31,989 nt of DNA from Candidatus Krumholzibacteriia bacterium (GCA_036478295.1 JAZGDW010000262.1:1-31989), one strand, 5' to 3'. Positions 18,215 through 26,881 are shown, counted from the stretch's first letter. The notes: generated from the sequence alone by a model not told the origin. Translations and numbers: made by a program.

Positions 18215-19191
18215 GTATCGAGTGGCTGGCGATTATCTCGGGGATCGCGTTTTTTATGGCCGCGTTTTTTGCCGGTGCGGAAACGGCGTTGCTCGCCACC
18301 GACCGCATTCGTTTGCGTCACCTCGCCCGTCATGGCGATCGCCGCGCCGGCTTGCTCTTGAAGTATGTCCGCAACCCCGAGTATTTCCTGAGCATCGTCC
18401 TCGTTGGCACCAATCTCGGTGTCATCGGGTGCACCTCGACCTTCACCGCCATTGCAATACACTATTTCGGAGATTCCGGTGCGACCGTCGCCACGCTGGT
18501 CCTGGTGCCGGCCCTGCTCATTTTCGAAGAGATAATCCCCAAGGGGATCTTTCTGTACTACGCGGACCGAGCGTCACTCGCGTCGATCTACCCGCTGAAG
18601 TTCTTCGCCATCGTGTTGTATCCAGTCATCAAATCATTCTCGGCGCTGACCAATTTCTTCATGCGCGCCCTCGGCATAGAGAGTATGGACCGCAAGGTAA
18701 CGATGACGATGGAGGAATTGCTTTTCCATGTGCAGGGCAGCAGTGAAGCGGGTTTGATATCCAGTGACACGATGACGCTGGTCTCGAGCGCGTTCGATCT
18801 GATCAAGTTCGACGCGGAGGACGTCATGGTGCCTGTTGATAACGTTATCATGGCTGAAGAAGGAATGAGCACCGAGGAATACCACGCCATTTTTGCCAGG
18901 GAACGATACTCGCGCCTGCCCATTTATCGGGGAGACCGTCGTAGCGTGGTGGGGTTTCTCTCGATCCATAGCCTGCTGAAGGCGCGGCGCCGCCAGCCAC
19001 ACGTGATCGAGCTCGAGGATCCGTACATCGTGGGCTTCGAGACGCCGATCGTCGAGATGATGATCCGGATGAAGAACCAGGGCTGCCACATGGCAATGAT
19101 ACGCGACAAAACAGGCGGAATTGTTGGAATGACGACACTCGAGGATATACTCGAGCGGCTGGTCGGGGCGATCGCCGACGAGTTTCATTGA
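18211..19191 (+). CDS. CNNM-family protein (DUF21 + CBS pair, no CorC domain)
   Basis: AFFAGAETA, LVGTN, FEEIIPK, YSRLPIY, TLEDILERLVGAIADE. Confidence 0.9.
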   Translation: MSIEWLAIISGIAFFMAAFFAGAETALLATDRIRLRHLARHGDRRAGLLLKYVRNPEYFLSIVLVGTNLGVIGCTSTFTAIAIHYFGDSGATVATLVLVPALLIFEEIIPKGIFLYYADRASLASIYPLKFFAIVLYPVIKSFSALTNFFMRALGIESMDRKVTMTMEELLFHVQGSSEAGLISSDTMTLVSSAFDLIKFDAEDVMVPVDNVIMAEEGMSTEEYHAIFARERYSRLPIYRGDRRSVVGFLSIHSLLKARRRQPHVIELEDPYIVGFETPIVEMMIRMKNQGCHMAMIRDKTGGIVGMTTLEDILERLVGAIADEFH

Positions 19192-19202
19192 GGGAGGACG
19201 GT

Positions 19203-20297
19203 GTGCCTCTGAACGAGGCGCCATTCACGCTCGGGGGCCGTAAGGCGCTGCTGCTTGCGGACGGAGAGTTTTCCGTCTTTGGTTCCAAGACAGCCACGTG
19301 TTATGTCCGCTACCGGGGCGACGACGTCGTTGCCGTCGTCGACCGCTCGCAGGCGGGACGCTCCGCGCAGGACGTCCTGGGGTTCGGCGGCGCCATTCCC
19401 GTCGTGTCCGACGTCGTCGAGGCGCTCGTCCACGATCCAGATGTTGCGGTGGTGGGCGTGGCGCCCAGCGGCGGCCAGCTCACGGCCGCGCTGCACGAGC
19501 AGATTCTCCAATGCGTACAGGCGGGTCTCGACGTCGTGAGTGGGCTGCACTCGTTTCTGTCGGACGATGCCGTTCTTGCGCAAGCGGCCCGGCAGTCCGG
19601 CTCGAGGTTCTGGGATGTTCGCAGTGTGCCCGGGACGACGCGGATCGGGAGCGGGGCGGGGTGCACCACGGGGGCTATGAGCGTCCTCGCCGTGGGAAGC
19701 GACTGCAACGTTGGCAAAATGACGGCGACGGTGGAGCTCTACCGGGAGGCAAAGCGACGCAAGATCGCCACCGCATGGGCGGCCACCGGACAGACCGGGA
19801 TGATGTTGCGGGGGCGTGGCATCGCGATCGATCGGGTCGTCGCCGATTTCATCGGTGGGGCGGTCGAGGAACTGGTCGAATACGAGGCGGCGGACAAACA
19901 GATTGTATTCGTCGAAGGGCAGGGGTCGATTATCCATCCCGGGTTCGCCGGCGTGGCGCTGGGACTCATGTACGGCGTGATGCCGGACTGCATGGTGCTG
20001 GTGCACGCGGCGTCGCGTCGCACGATCGGGGACACCGAAGTAGCGATGCCGCCCCTTGCCGAACTGGTCCGCCTGCACGAGGCGCTCATGCAGCCGTTCA
20101 AGGCGTCGCCCGTGGTCGCCATCGCGGTCAACACGTTCGGTCTCGGGGACGCCGAGGCACGGGAGTCCGTTGCACGCATCGAGCGGCAAACCGGTTTGCC
20201 GGCCCGGGACCCCCTGCGCCATGGCGCGGAGGACCTGGTCGATGCTATACTGGGTCGCCAGGCCCGGGGTGGTCGGCAAGACGGAGATAGCGTGTGA
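19203..20297 (+). CDS. DUF1611 family protein (DgcN-like P-loop protein)
   Basis: KTA, SGLHSFL, VGSDCNVGKMT, ATGQTG, DRVVADFIGGAVE and VEGQGSIIHP motifs; GGAGG before GTG 19203. Confidence 0.9.
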   Translation: MPLNEAPFTLGGRKALLLADGEFSVFGSKTATCYVRYRGDDVVAVVDRSQAGRSAQDVLGFGGAIPVVSDVVEALVHDPDVAVVGVAPSGGQLTAALHEQILQCVQAGLDVVSGLHSFLSDDAVLAQAARQSGSRFWDVRSVPGTTRIGSGAGCTTGAMSVLAVGSDCNVGKMTATVELYREAKRRKIATAWAATGQTGMMLRGRGIAIDRVVADFIGGAVEELVEYEAADKQIVFVEGQGSIIHPGFAGVALGLMYGVMPDCMVLVHAASRRTIGDTEVAMPPLAELVRLHEALMQPFKASPVVAIAVNTFGLGDAEARESVARIERQTGLPARDPLRHGAEDLVDAILGRQARGGRQDGDSV

Positions 20298-21316
20298 AAC
20301 TCGAATTCGAATTGCTGAAGCTCAAACCCTGTTACCCGTTCAAAATTGCACGGGAGGTACAGACCGAGTGTGAGGTCTTCATCATCCAGCTCACCTGGGA
20401 GGGGATTACCGGGCTCGGCGAGGCGGCTCCCTCGTCCTACTATGGCGAGGACAGTACGACCGCCCACGCGGCGCTAACAAAGACCGTGGGCAAGCTCGAG
20501 GGTGATGTGGAATCGGTCCGCGGTAGCCTTACCGCGGGCAAGCTGCGGCGGGCTCTGGGCGCGCACGCTTCGGTGAGGGCGGCGCTGGACGTCGCCTTGT
20601 GGGACATCGAGGGCAAAAAGGAAAACCGGCCGCTCTACGAGTTGCTGGGTCTGGATCCCGCAGAAACGCCGGCGACCTCCTTTTCGATCGGTATGGACAC
20701 GCCGGAAGTCGTGGACAAGAAAGTCGACGAGGCCGCGCAGTACAGGATCTTCAAGATGAAGATGGGAATCCCCGGCGACATGGCACTGCTGGATCGTGTC
20801 ATCGCCCGGAGCGGCAAGCGCATCCGGGTCGACGCAAACGAGGGGTGGGATCTGGAAACGGCACTGCTGATGAGTCGCGAGCTGAACGAGCGGGGCATTG
20901 AATTCATCGAACAGCCGATTCATCACCGTGAAGAAGAGGCTTTGCGCGAGCTGAAAAGGCTGAGTCCCCTGCCGATAATTCTCGATGAGAGCATCATCGA
21001 CCCGGAGGACGTCGCCGCCCGGCGCGACCAGGGTCACGGCATCAATATCAAGCTCATGAAGTGCGGGGGGATAACACCGGCGCTCATGCTGATCGAAGAG
21101 GCGCGCAAGGCCGATCTTCGGGTCATGCTCGGGTGCATGCTGGAAACATCGGTCGCCATCACCGCGGCCGCCCACCTCAGTCCGCTGGTCGACTACGCCG
21201 ATCTCGACGGCAACCTCCTGCTCGCCGACGATCCCTTCGTCGGCGTCACCGTCACCAACAGCAAGCTGGTCCTGCCCAACCGGCCCGGTCTGGGCGTCGA
21301 GCGACGACCTGCCTAG
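20294..21316 (+). CDS. Enolase-superfamily dipeptide epimerase (L-Ala-D/L-Glu epimerase / DgcA-like)
   Basis: GLGEAAP, KMK, RVDANEGW, IEQP, LDES, INIKLMKCGG and DLDG motifs. Confidence 0.92.
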   Translation: MKLEFELLKLKPCYPFKIAREVQTECEVFIIQLTWEGITGLGEAAPSSYYGEDSTTAHAALTKTVGKLEGDVESVRGSLTAGKLRRALGAHASVRAALDVALWDIEGKKENRPLYELLGLDPAETPATSFSIGMDTPEVVDKKVDEAAQYRIFKMKMGIPGDMALLDRVIARSGKRIRVDANEGWDLETALLMSRELNERGIEFIEQPIHHREEEALRELKRLSPLPIILDESIIDPEDVAARRDQGHGINIKLMKCGGITPALMLIEEARKADLRVMLGCMLETSVAITAAAHLSPLVDYADLDGNLLLADDPFVGVTVTNSKLVLPNRPGLGVERRPA

Positions 21317-21318
21317 TA

Positions 21319-21693
21319 TCACTCGAAGATCACGACCACCGTTGCCTGTTCTCTGCTATGGGTAATCGACAGGTGGACGCGGTTGGCGGAGAGATTCTCC
21401 AGGTACTCGCGCGCCCGGCCGGAGATTCTCAGTTCGGGTTTTCCCATGGCCGTGTTCACGACCACGATATCCTTCCAGCGCACACCGTTGTTCCAGCCCG
21501 TGCCCAGCGCCTTCATGCACGCTTCTTTGGCGGCGAAGCGGGCGGCCAGCCTCGGGATGGGGTCCTTGTAGCGTAACGCGTACGCCTGCTCTTCGGGCGC
21601 GTAGATCCGGTTGAGAAAACGTTCGCCGTATTCCCGGTACACGCGCTCGATTCGCGCGAGCTCTATGGAGTCGATTCCGATGCCTCTGATCAT
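21319..21693 (-). CDS. acpS: Holo-ACP synthase
   Basis: GIGID, AARFAAKEACMKALGTG and HLSITH motifs. Confidence 0.96.
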   Translation of the reverse strand: MIRGIGIDSIELARIERVYREYGERFLNRIYAPEEQAYALRYKDPIPRLAARFAAKEACMKALGTGWNNGVRWKDIVVVNTAMGKPELRISGRAREYLENLSANRVHLSITHSREQATVVVIFE

Positions 21694-21812
21694 GGCGTGC
21701 GACCTCTGCTTCTCGTCGCGAACGGTCGTAGTTCGTTGCTGGTGAACGCACAGTATACAACCCTGTAATGATTTCTTGCAATCGTCATTACGAGTCGGTA
21801 ACGTACGGCGTC

Positions 21813-23165
21813 ATGACGGCCCCCAGGAGTCGATACTTCCGGCGCAACTTCACATTGGGTGTCATCACCGGGGCGCTCATCAATCTCGGAATGGCGTTCC
21901 TGGACCCTTTTATCGTGCTGCCGCTGTTCATTTCGAAGCTGGGCGGGTCGGCGACGTTGATCGGCCTGGTCAGCGCCCTCCACGGCGTCGGCTGGTTCTT
22001 CCCCCAGGTATTCGCGTCACGGCTGGCGGAAACGCGGCGATTTCTCATGCCGATGTACCGGGGCATATCGCTGTTTCGGATTCTGTCGCTCGCCGGCGCC
22101 GCCTTGATTGTGCTCACCGTCGACCCCGAGCACACGGGTCTCTTTCTCACGGGCTTCCTGGGGCTGCTCTTCCTGGCCCACCTGGCTGGAGGTTTTTCCG
22201 CGATTCCGTTCCTCGAGGTGACGAGCAAGACCATCCCGGTGACCATTCGCGGACGCTTCTTCGGGACCCGCCGTCTCATCGGGGGTTCGGCCGGGATTGG
22301 CGTGGGCGTGCTCGTCGGGTTGGTACTCAATCGCCGCGAAGAGAACCTGTGGATGAGCGGACCCTTTTTTGACTTGCTGGGGCCGGTGGCGGCCAGACTC
22401 GGCCTGCTCGGCCGCGAGTTTCCCTCCGACTTTGGCATCCTCTTCCTTCTCGGGGCGGGCTGCATGACATTGGGCATGCTCGCCTTCGCCTTCGCCGGAG
22501 AACCACCTGCGGTCGCCGTGCAGGAATCAGCACGCCTCCTCGACCACCTGCGTGCCGGTTTCAAACTGATCAGACGTGATGCCAACTACCGCCTGTTCTA
22601 TCTCGTGAGAATCTGCTGGCAGTTCACGGCGATGACGTTTCCGTTTTACGCCGTTTACGCGTTCACCGACCTCGAATTCTCGGAGAACACCGTCGGGCTC
22701 TTCTTGTCCCTCTGGCTGGGGGCCGGTGTCTTGTCGAATTATATATGGGGAAAGATACTCGACCGCAGCGGCAACAAGAGTGTTCTGCTGGCGACTGCGA
22801 TCCTCAGTGCGCTGCCGCCCGCCGTCGTTTTGGTGGTAGACGGGATGATACGCCACTCGCTGGAGCCAGCGAGCGTGAAACTCCTGCTGGTGATCAGCAC
22901 GACCTTTCTGGTAAACGGTTTCATTCGCAGCGGCCGCGTAATCAGCAATATCACCTACCTGCTCGAGTTCGCACCCGAGAACAAACGGCCCCTGTACGTG
23001 GGTTTCATGAACAGCTTCAGCTTTCCCTTCATGCTGAGCCCCCTCCTGGGCGGGGTCATCCTCCAGGTGTTCGATATCCGCATCCTCTTCTCCATCTCGC
23101 TGGCCTTTGCCCTCCTTAACATGGTGCTTAGCACCGGTCTCAAAGAGCCGCGGGTCACGAAGTAG
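21813..23165 (+). CDS. MFS transporter; last codons replaced by the integrated element
   Basis: About 12 TM segments, WGKILDRSGNK motif-A variant, RPLYVG. Ends LKEPRVTK in the integrated state. Start is 21813 or 21768. Confidence 0.9.
   Translation: MTAPRSRYFRRNFTLGVITGALINLGMAFLDPFIVLPLFISKLGGSATLIGLVSALHGVGWFFPQVFASRLAETRRFLMPMYRGISLFRILSLAGAALIVLTVDPEHTGLFLTGFLGLLFLAHLAGGFSAIPFLEVTSKTIPVTIRGRFFGTRRLIGGSAGIGVGVLVGLVLNRREENLWMSGPFFDLLGPVAARLGLLGREFPSDFGILFLLGAGCMTLGMLAFAFAGEPPAVAVQESARLLDHLRAGFKLIRRDANYRLFYLVRICWQFTAMTFPFYAVYAFTDLEFSENTVGLFLSLWLGAGVLSNYIWGKILDRSGNKSVLLATAILSALPPAVVLVVDGMIRHSLEPASVKLLLVISTTFLVNGFIRSGRVISNITYLLEFAPENKRPLYVGFMNSFSFPFMLSPLLGGVILQVFDIRILFSISLAFALLNMVLSTGLKEPRVTK
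23137..23149 (+). repeat. Left att core repeat
   Basis: GTCTCAAAGAGCC (then G-CG), inside the MFS codons GLKEP. Confidence 0.8.
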
Positions 23166-23254
23166 AATAGCTCGTACAACTATCTATGGGACAACAAGGT
23201 AACATGATCCAATCCGATCCTGATTTGCGCCGTGGCTAGTAATCGGGTGCTGGC

Positions 23255-23776
23255 GTGCCCGGAAGTGGCGTCGGTCCACGAAAGATCGCTGAACTTGAAT
23301 CTCAATTGGCTACAGAGGATGAGCGGCCCTCGCTTACTATGTTCGTTGATCCAAAGAGACACGAAAAGATACCCTCTAAACCGACAACTTTTCGCGTAGT
23401 CGTAAAGAACGATGGGGGCGTGAAGATTGATGATATATCGGTGCGAGTAAAGAGCGTTGAGCCGCCTAGCGATAAAATGAATAAGTATCGGGATGTGCCG
23501 CTACATCAAAAACATAATAATACTCCACCTTATGACGAGTACTTTTCCCTTATAGCTGGGGAGGAAAAGGAAATAGATGTTATAGCTGGAAACGACGGGG
23601 CCGCAACTTTTTGCGTCTGCCACATCGTTGATGGGTTGTATCCGTGGGTAACCTGCGATCTAGGCCATCGGAATTTTGAGTTTTTCCTAGAAGCGAAAAG
23701 CGAGGACGCTAGCTGCGAAATAACAGTAGTGGTTCGAGATGATGATAATAATAGGCTCATCTTTGAACGAGAATAG
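23255..23776 (+). CDS. Hypothetical protein, probably 5'-truncated
   Basis: AT-rich open frame KIAELESQL...RLIFERE without a convincing RBS or start; internal ATG at 23339. Confidence 0.55.
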   Translation: MPGSGVGPRKIAELESQLATEDERPSLTMFVDPKRHEKIPSKPTTFRVVVKNDGGVKIDDISVRVKSVEPPSDKMNKYRDVPLHQKHNNTPPYDEYFSLIAGEEKEIDVIAGNDGAATFCVCHIVDGLYPWVTCDLGHRNFEFFLEAKSEDASCEITVVVRDDDNNRLIFERE

Positions 23777-23823
23777 ATGTTTTGCTCAGCGCGAAGCACC
23801 GAGGCGCCAAAAAAGGGGGGCCT

Positions 23824-24015
23824 ATGGTTCCAACAATAGGAATTATGATTGGCTGGTACATTATAGCACGCTGTCTGTCTCTTTTGACACGAGTGGGCGA
23901 GCGCTCTGAGAACCTGCTGGTCAAAGTGTTTGCCGGCATCGCGATTCTTGTCGCGATGTACTCGATATTCTCTTTGCTTCTTGGGAGCTTGACGGGTGAC
24001 TTGGGAACCGGTTGA
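23824..24015 (+). CDS. Small two-TM membrane protein
   Basis: AAAGGGGGG RBS then ATG 23824; MVPTIGIMIGWYIIARCLSLL...VKVFAGIAILVAMYSIFSLLLG; 63 aa. Confidence 0.7.
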   Translation: MVPTIGIMIGWYIIARCLSLLTRVGERSENLLVKVFAGIAILVAMYSIFSLLLGSLTGDLGTG

Positions 24016-24030
24016 AGCAGGAGAGTACCG

Positions 24031-24600
24031 CTATTGATAGAGCGCCTTCACGCGGCCCCAGGTGGTTGGCTCCACTGGTACGGTCGGACAAATAAGTGCG
24101 GTCAGGCCGACACCCGGGATCTCCACGTCGGGGTCACCAAGAACAAACGCCCCTAGCAAACCAGTGCGAGGGTTCGGACCAACAGTGATTGGAGCATTGC
24201 TAGTGCCCGTGCAGGCGCTGCATTGCCATAGTAGGACAACCTCGACGAGGATGAGCGCTGTGTTGGCGTCCACCGCGCCGCCCAAAAACCCAAGCTGGAG
24301 CCCTGTCGGCGTTGTACCGTTAGTAAGGGTGGGCATAAGATAGTTCTCCCCAATATACTGGAGCTCCGGGGGAAAGGTAATCTGAAACTCTATCGCGTTT
24401 ATCATGGCATTGAAGTTTAGCGCGGCAACATATAACCTCTGCACCACCGTTCCCGGGGGAGCTATCGGACAAGTCGCCGCCTCAACCTGTATCTTTTCGT
24501 CGAAATAAACGGCTACAAATGGGGTCTGTGCACTGAGGATGGTGAAGCCGGAGGTGATGAGCAAGAGTGAAACCAGAACCACAACAACTGGTTTACACAT
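24031..24600 (-). CDS. Secreted Cys-containing beta-rich protein with C-terminal TWG motif
   Basis: AAAGGAG RBS before ATG 24600; signal peptide; ends CPTVPVEPTTWGRVKALYQ. Confidence 0.85.
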   Translation of the reverse strand: MCKPVVVVLVSLLLITSGFTILSAQTPFVAVYFDEKIQVEAATCPIAPPGTVVQRLYVAALNFNAMINAIEFQITFPPELQYIGENYLMPTLTNGTTPTGLQLGFLGGAVDANTALILVEVVLLWQCSACTGTSNAPITVGPNPRTGLLGAFVLGDPDVEIPGVGLTALICPTVPVEPTTWGRVKALYQ

Positions 24601-24624
24601 GACTACTCCTTTCAATGAGCGCTT

Positions 24625-25221
24625 CTATTCAGCGTACAGCGACTTAATTCGGCCCCAGGTCGTGTGGGGATCGTCGGGGATGCCGGTGGGATCGGCTCAC
24701 GGACACGTGGCGTTGTGATTGATGATGCCCTCGCCGCAGTCCACAAACACCACCCGGCCCTCACAGTCCCCTAATTCGACTTGGCCGGATACCGCAGCGG
24801 GATGCGGTAGAACCTTGTAAGAGCAACAAGGGGATGTTCCCCCGCCAAAAGTAAGGACGCTAAGGACATGGATCGGTGTAGTTAAGCACCGGCCGTACTC
24901 AATGGTAACGCCGGTTTGCGAGAAGCCGATCGTGACGGGGAACGGATTGTTGTCCGCGAGCCACATGCCCGGATAGCAGGGCGGTAATGGGGCCGAGAAT
25001 CGGCTCTGCCAGGCACCCGGCTGCCCGCGCGCTCTCGTGTGAACTATATACCAGAAGTTAGGTGCTGCAGCATCAGAAAGAGCACAGTCAGCTCCGAATG
25101 TATCGCTAAAGATCCCGATGCGGCCGCCCGCCCCCTGAGCTTGCGCCGTCCGGGGTGCCGTCGATAGCAATGCGAGGAATAGAAACAGGAGAAGCGAACG
25201 GATGAAACGGGAACTCGACAT
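24625..25221 (-). CDS. Secreted Cys-rich protein with C-terminal TWG motif, interrupted by an in-frame TGA at 24697-24699 (nonsense allele or recoded stop)
   Basis: Signal peptide ending AQA. The frame continues past the TGA: ...NHNATCP*ADPTGIPDDPHTTWGRIKSLYAE* (TAG at 24625-24627). Confidence 0.8.
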
Positions 25222-25379
25222 TGTGGTACCTCGGGGACTCGGACAGATTATACCACAAAACGTGCCGCATACCGCGGGAAGAAACGTGAAGGGGTCTCAG
25301 GCTTGAAAAAACAGGGTACACAGCCGCGAAATTGTCCCAGGGGACTCCGGGCAGGCTGGAGCGCGGCCGCCAGCGTGGG

Positions 25380-25889
25380 TTATTTCTCGTACTTATCCTT
25401 CACCGCACCCCAGGTCGTTTCCTCGACCGCGACGGGTTCCGCTGGACCAGGGGTGGGCATGCCGTTCAGGCATATCGTTCCGTCTTCGTGGACGATCGTA
25501 ATAGAAATGAAAGGATCAGAGATTATCACGAATGACCGGATCGGCGTGCCCGAGCACAAACCTAAGGTGAGTTTAGCCGTACCGATTCCCGCGGCGCTCA
25601 CAAGGGAATGAAACAAGGTATTCCCCTGTACACTGAGCAGCCAGAGGCCAACGCCCTCGAAATCAAAGACAGAGAATTCGAAGGCGCCGGGTACGGTACC
25701 GATGAGCGTCCAGGTGGTGAAATTGGCAGAGTGATATACCTCCCCGGTGTTGGTTAGGGCAAACAGGTCCGAGGGAACCCCCGGAGCGACTCCGGCAGCA
25801 ATTACGTGAACCGCCTGCGCCGGTGGGGCGGTTAGAAGGACGAGAGAAACGATGAGGATGGCGGCAGAGAACCTGTAGAATTTTTGCAT
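25380..25889 (-). CDS. Secreted protein with C-terminal TWG motif
   Basis: ATG 25889 (MQKFYRFSAAILIVSLVLLTAPPAQA signal peptide); ends AEPVAVEETTWGAVKDKYEK. Confidence 0.8.
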   Translation of the reverse strand: MQKFYRFSAAILIVSLVLLTAPPAQAVHVIAAGVAPGVPSDLFALTNTGEVYHSANFTTWTLIGTVPGAFEFSVFDFEGVGLWLLSVQGNTLFHSLVSAAGIGTAKLTLGLCSGTPIRSFVIISDPFISITIVHEDGTICLNGMPTPGPAEPVAVEETTWGAVKDKYEK

Positions 25890-25934
25890 CGGAGAACCCC
25901 TTGCTAAAGGAATGGTGAGATACGAATTAAACCT

Positions 25935-25947
25935 TGCTATTATAGCA
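25935..25947 (-). promoter_or_regulatory. Extended -10 promoter of the cargo genes within a palindrome
   Basis: Minus strand TGcTATAAT; the plus strand reads TGCTAT-T-ATAGCA. Confidence 0.55.
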
Positions 25948-26021
25948 GAATAGCCGATGGAGAGGGGGTGTTGAAACCCCGCGATGGGCTTTGCCAAACC
26001 CGGATTTTTGGGGGTAGCATG

Positions 26022-26050
26022 TTGACAGCATAGCAGCACAGTGCTATTCT
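26022..26050 (+). promoter_or_regulatory. Sigma-70 promoter of the RHH/integrase genes with overlapping operator-like palindrome
   Basis: TTGACA-N17-TATTCT with extended TG; ATAGCA-N6-TGCTAT at 26030-26047. Confidence 0.7.
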
Positions 26051-26069
26051 ATGGTAGAAAGGAGATCCG

Positions 26070-26234
26070 GTGGTGAAACGGGTCACGATAAGGGTAGACG
26101 ATAAGCTGTGGGCTCGGCTGCAGAAACGGGTCCTCGAGCTCAAACTACGCGGTGCAAAGGTTGGGGGCAAGCAGGCAAGCCTCAACGCGCTGTGCGAGGA
26201 TCTGCTGCGGCGTGGGCTGGCCAAAGGAAAATGA
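26070..26234 (+). CDS. Small ribbon-helix-helix (Arc/CopG-like) DNA-binding protein
   Basis: AAAGGAG RBS then GTG; MVKRVTIRVDDKLWARLQKRVLELKLRGAKVGGKQASLNALCEDLLRRGLAKGK (54 aa); ATGA overlap with the next gene. Shorter than any ORF in the track. Confidence 0.75.
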   Translation: MVKRVTIRVDDKLWARLQKRVLELKLRGAKVGGKQASLNALCEDLLRRGLAKGK

Positions 26235-26824
26235 GTATGGGAAAAGCACAACGACTCATAGTTGCTGGTCTTTTGTTGGGGTTCCTTATTGTTGGCAACC
26301 CGGGCGGCAGCTTCAATGACATGCCATTCTGGAAGCCCGCAGTGCCGCGTGACGTCGTTGGCGACTGGCGTATCATCGCGGTAGGGGTTGACGACGGATT
26401 TGCATCTCGTTCAGATATCGTTTGGGATTTGCTTTTGGATTATATTTTGCCAACGCGTTGGGTGCCAATAGATAGCGTTTTGGATTGGCAACCGACGACC
26501 GTAGAAGCACGTCTGAGAATTAGGGCCCCCGGGGCGTTTAGCTATACGGAGTTCAACGCAGATAACTTGGCAGTGTGGTCGAAGAGCGGGACCTTCCAGG
26601 CTTCTGAGGCTTCTGAGCCGCCTAACCAGTCATTCACGATGACTGTTGACAGGGTGCAACGCAAATCTGTAATAGGTGAAGAAATAACTGGTTACTGGGA
26701 GTCAATTGCCCCCCTCGATATCGTGCGGCAGGAAGGACGTTACGTCGTCCAGGACGCCCCGCGCCGATTGTCACTTTGTTTTGAGCAAGACGGTGTATAT
26801 CTGCTCTACGAATTAGAAGAGTGA
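26231..26824 (+). CDS. Membrane-anchored/exported hypothetical protein (lipocalin-like GxW motif)
   Basis: N-terminal hydrophobic helix, DVVGDWRII, beta-rich sequence; coupled to the RHH gene. Confidence 0.7.
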   Translation: MSMGKAQRLIVAGLLLGFLIVGNPGGSFNDMPFWKPAVPRDVVGDWRIIAVGVDDGFASRSDIVWDLLLDYILPTRWVPIDSVLDWQPTTVEARLRIRAPGAFSYTEFNADNLAVWSKSGTFQASEASEPPNQSFTMTVDRVQRKSVIGEEITGYWESIAPLDIVRQEGRYVVQDAPRRLSLCFEQDGVYLLYELEE

Positions 26825-26881
26825 TAGAAGCGATTCGGTTCTGGTTGTCGAATCAGGATTGAGCAAATAAGGAGATAACAA

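Noticed and set aside
19185..21322. Long alternative ORFs (19185-20279 -, 19298-20290 +, 20474-21322 -)
   Set aside because: Shadow frames of well-supported genes in high-GC DNA, with no recognisable motifs.
23166..23340. tRNA or tmRNA as the integration target
   Set aside because: No cloverleaf or T-loop motif at either end of the island; the direct repeat lies inside the MFS coding sequence.
26070..26824. RHH antitoxin plus toxin pair
   Set aside because: The coupled downstream gene encodes a membrane-anchored beta-rich protein with no recognisable toxin motif.
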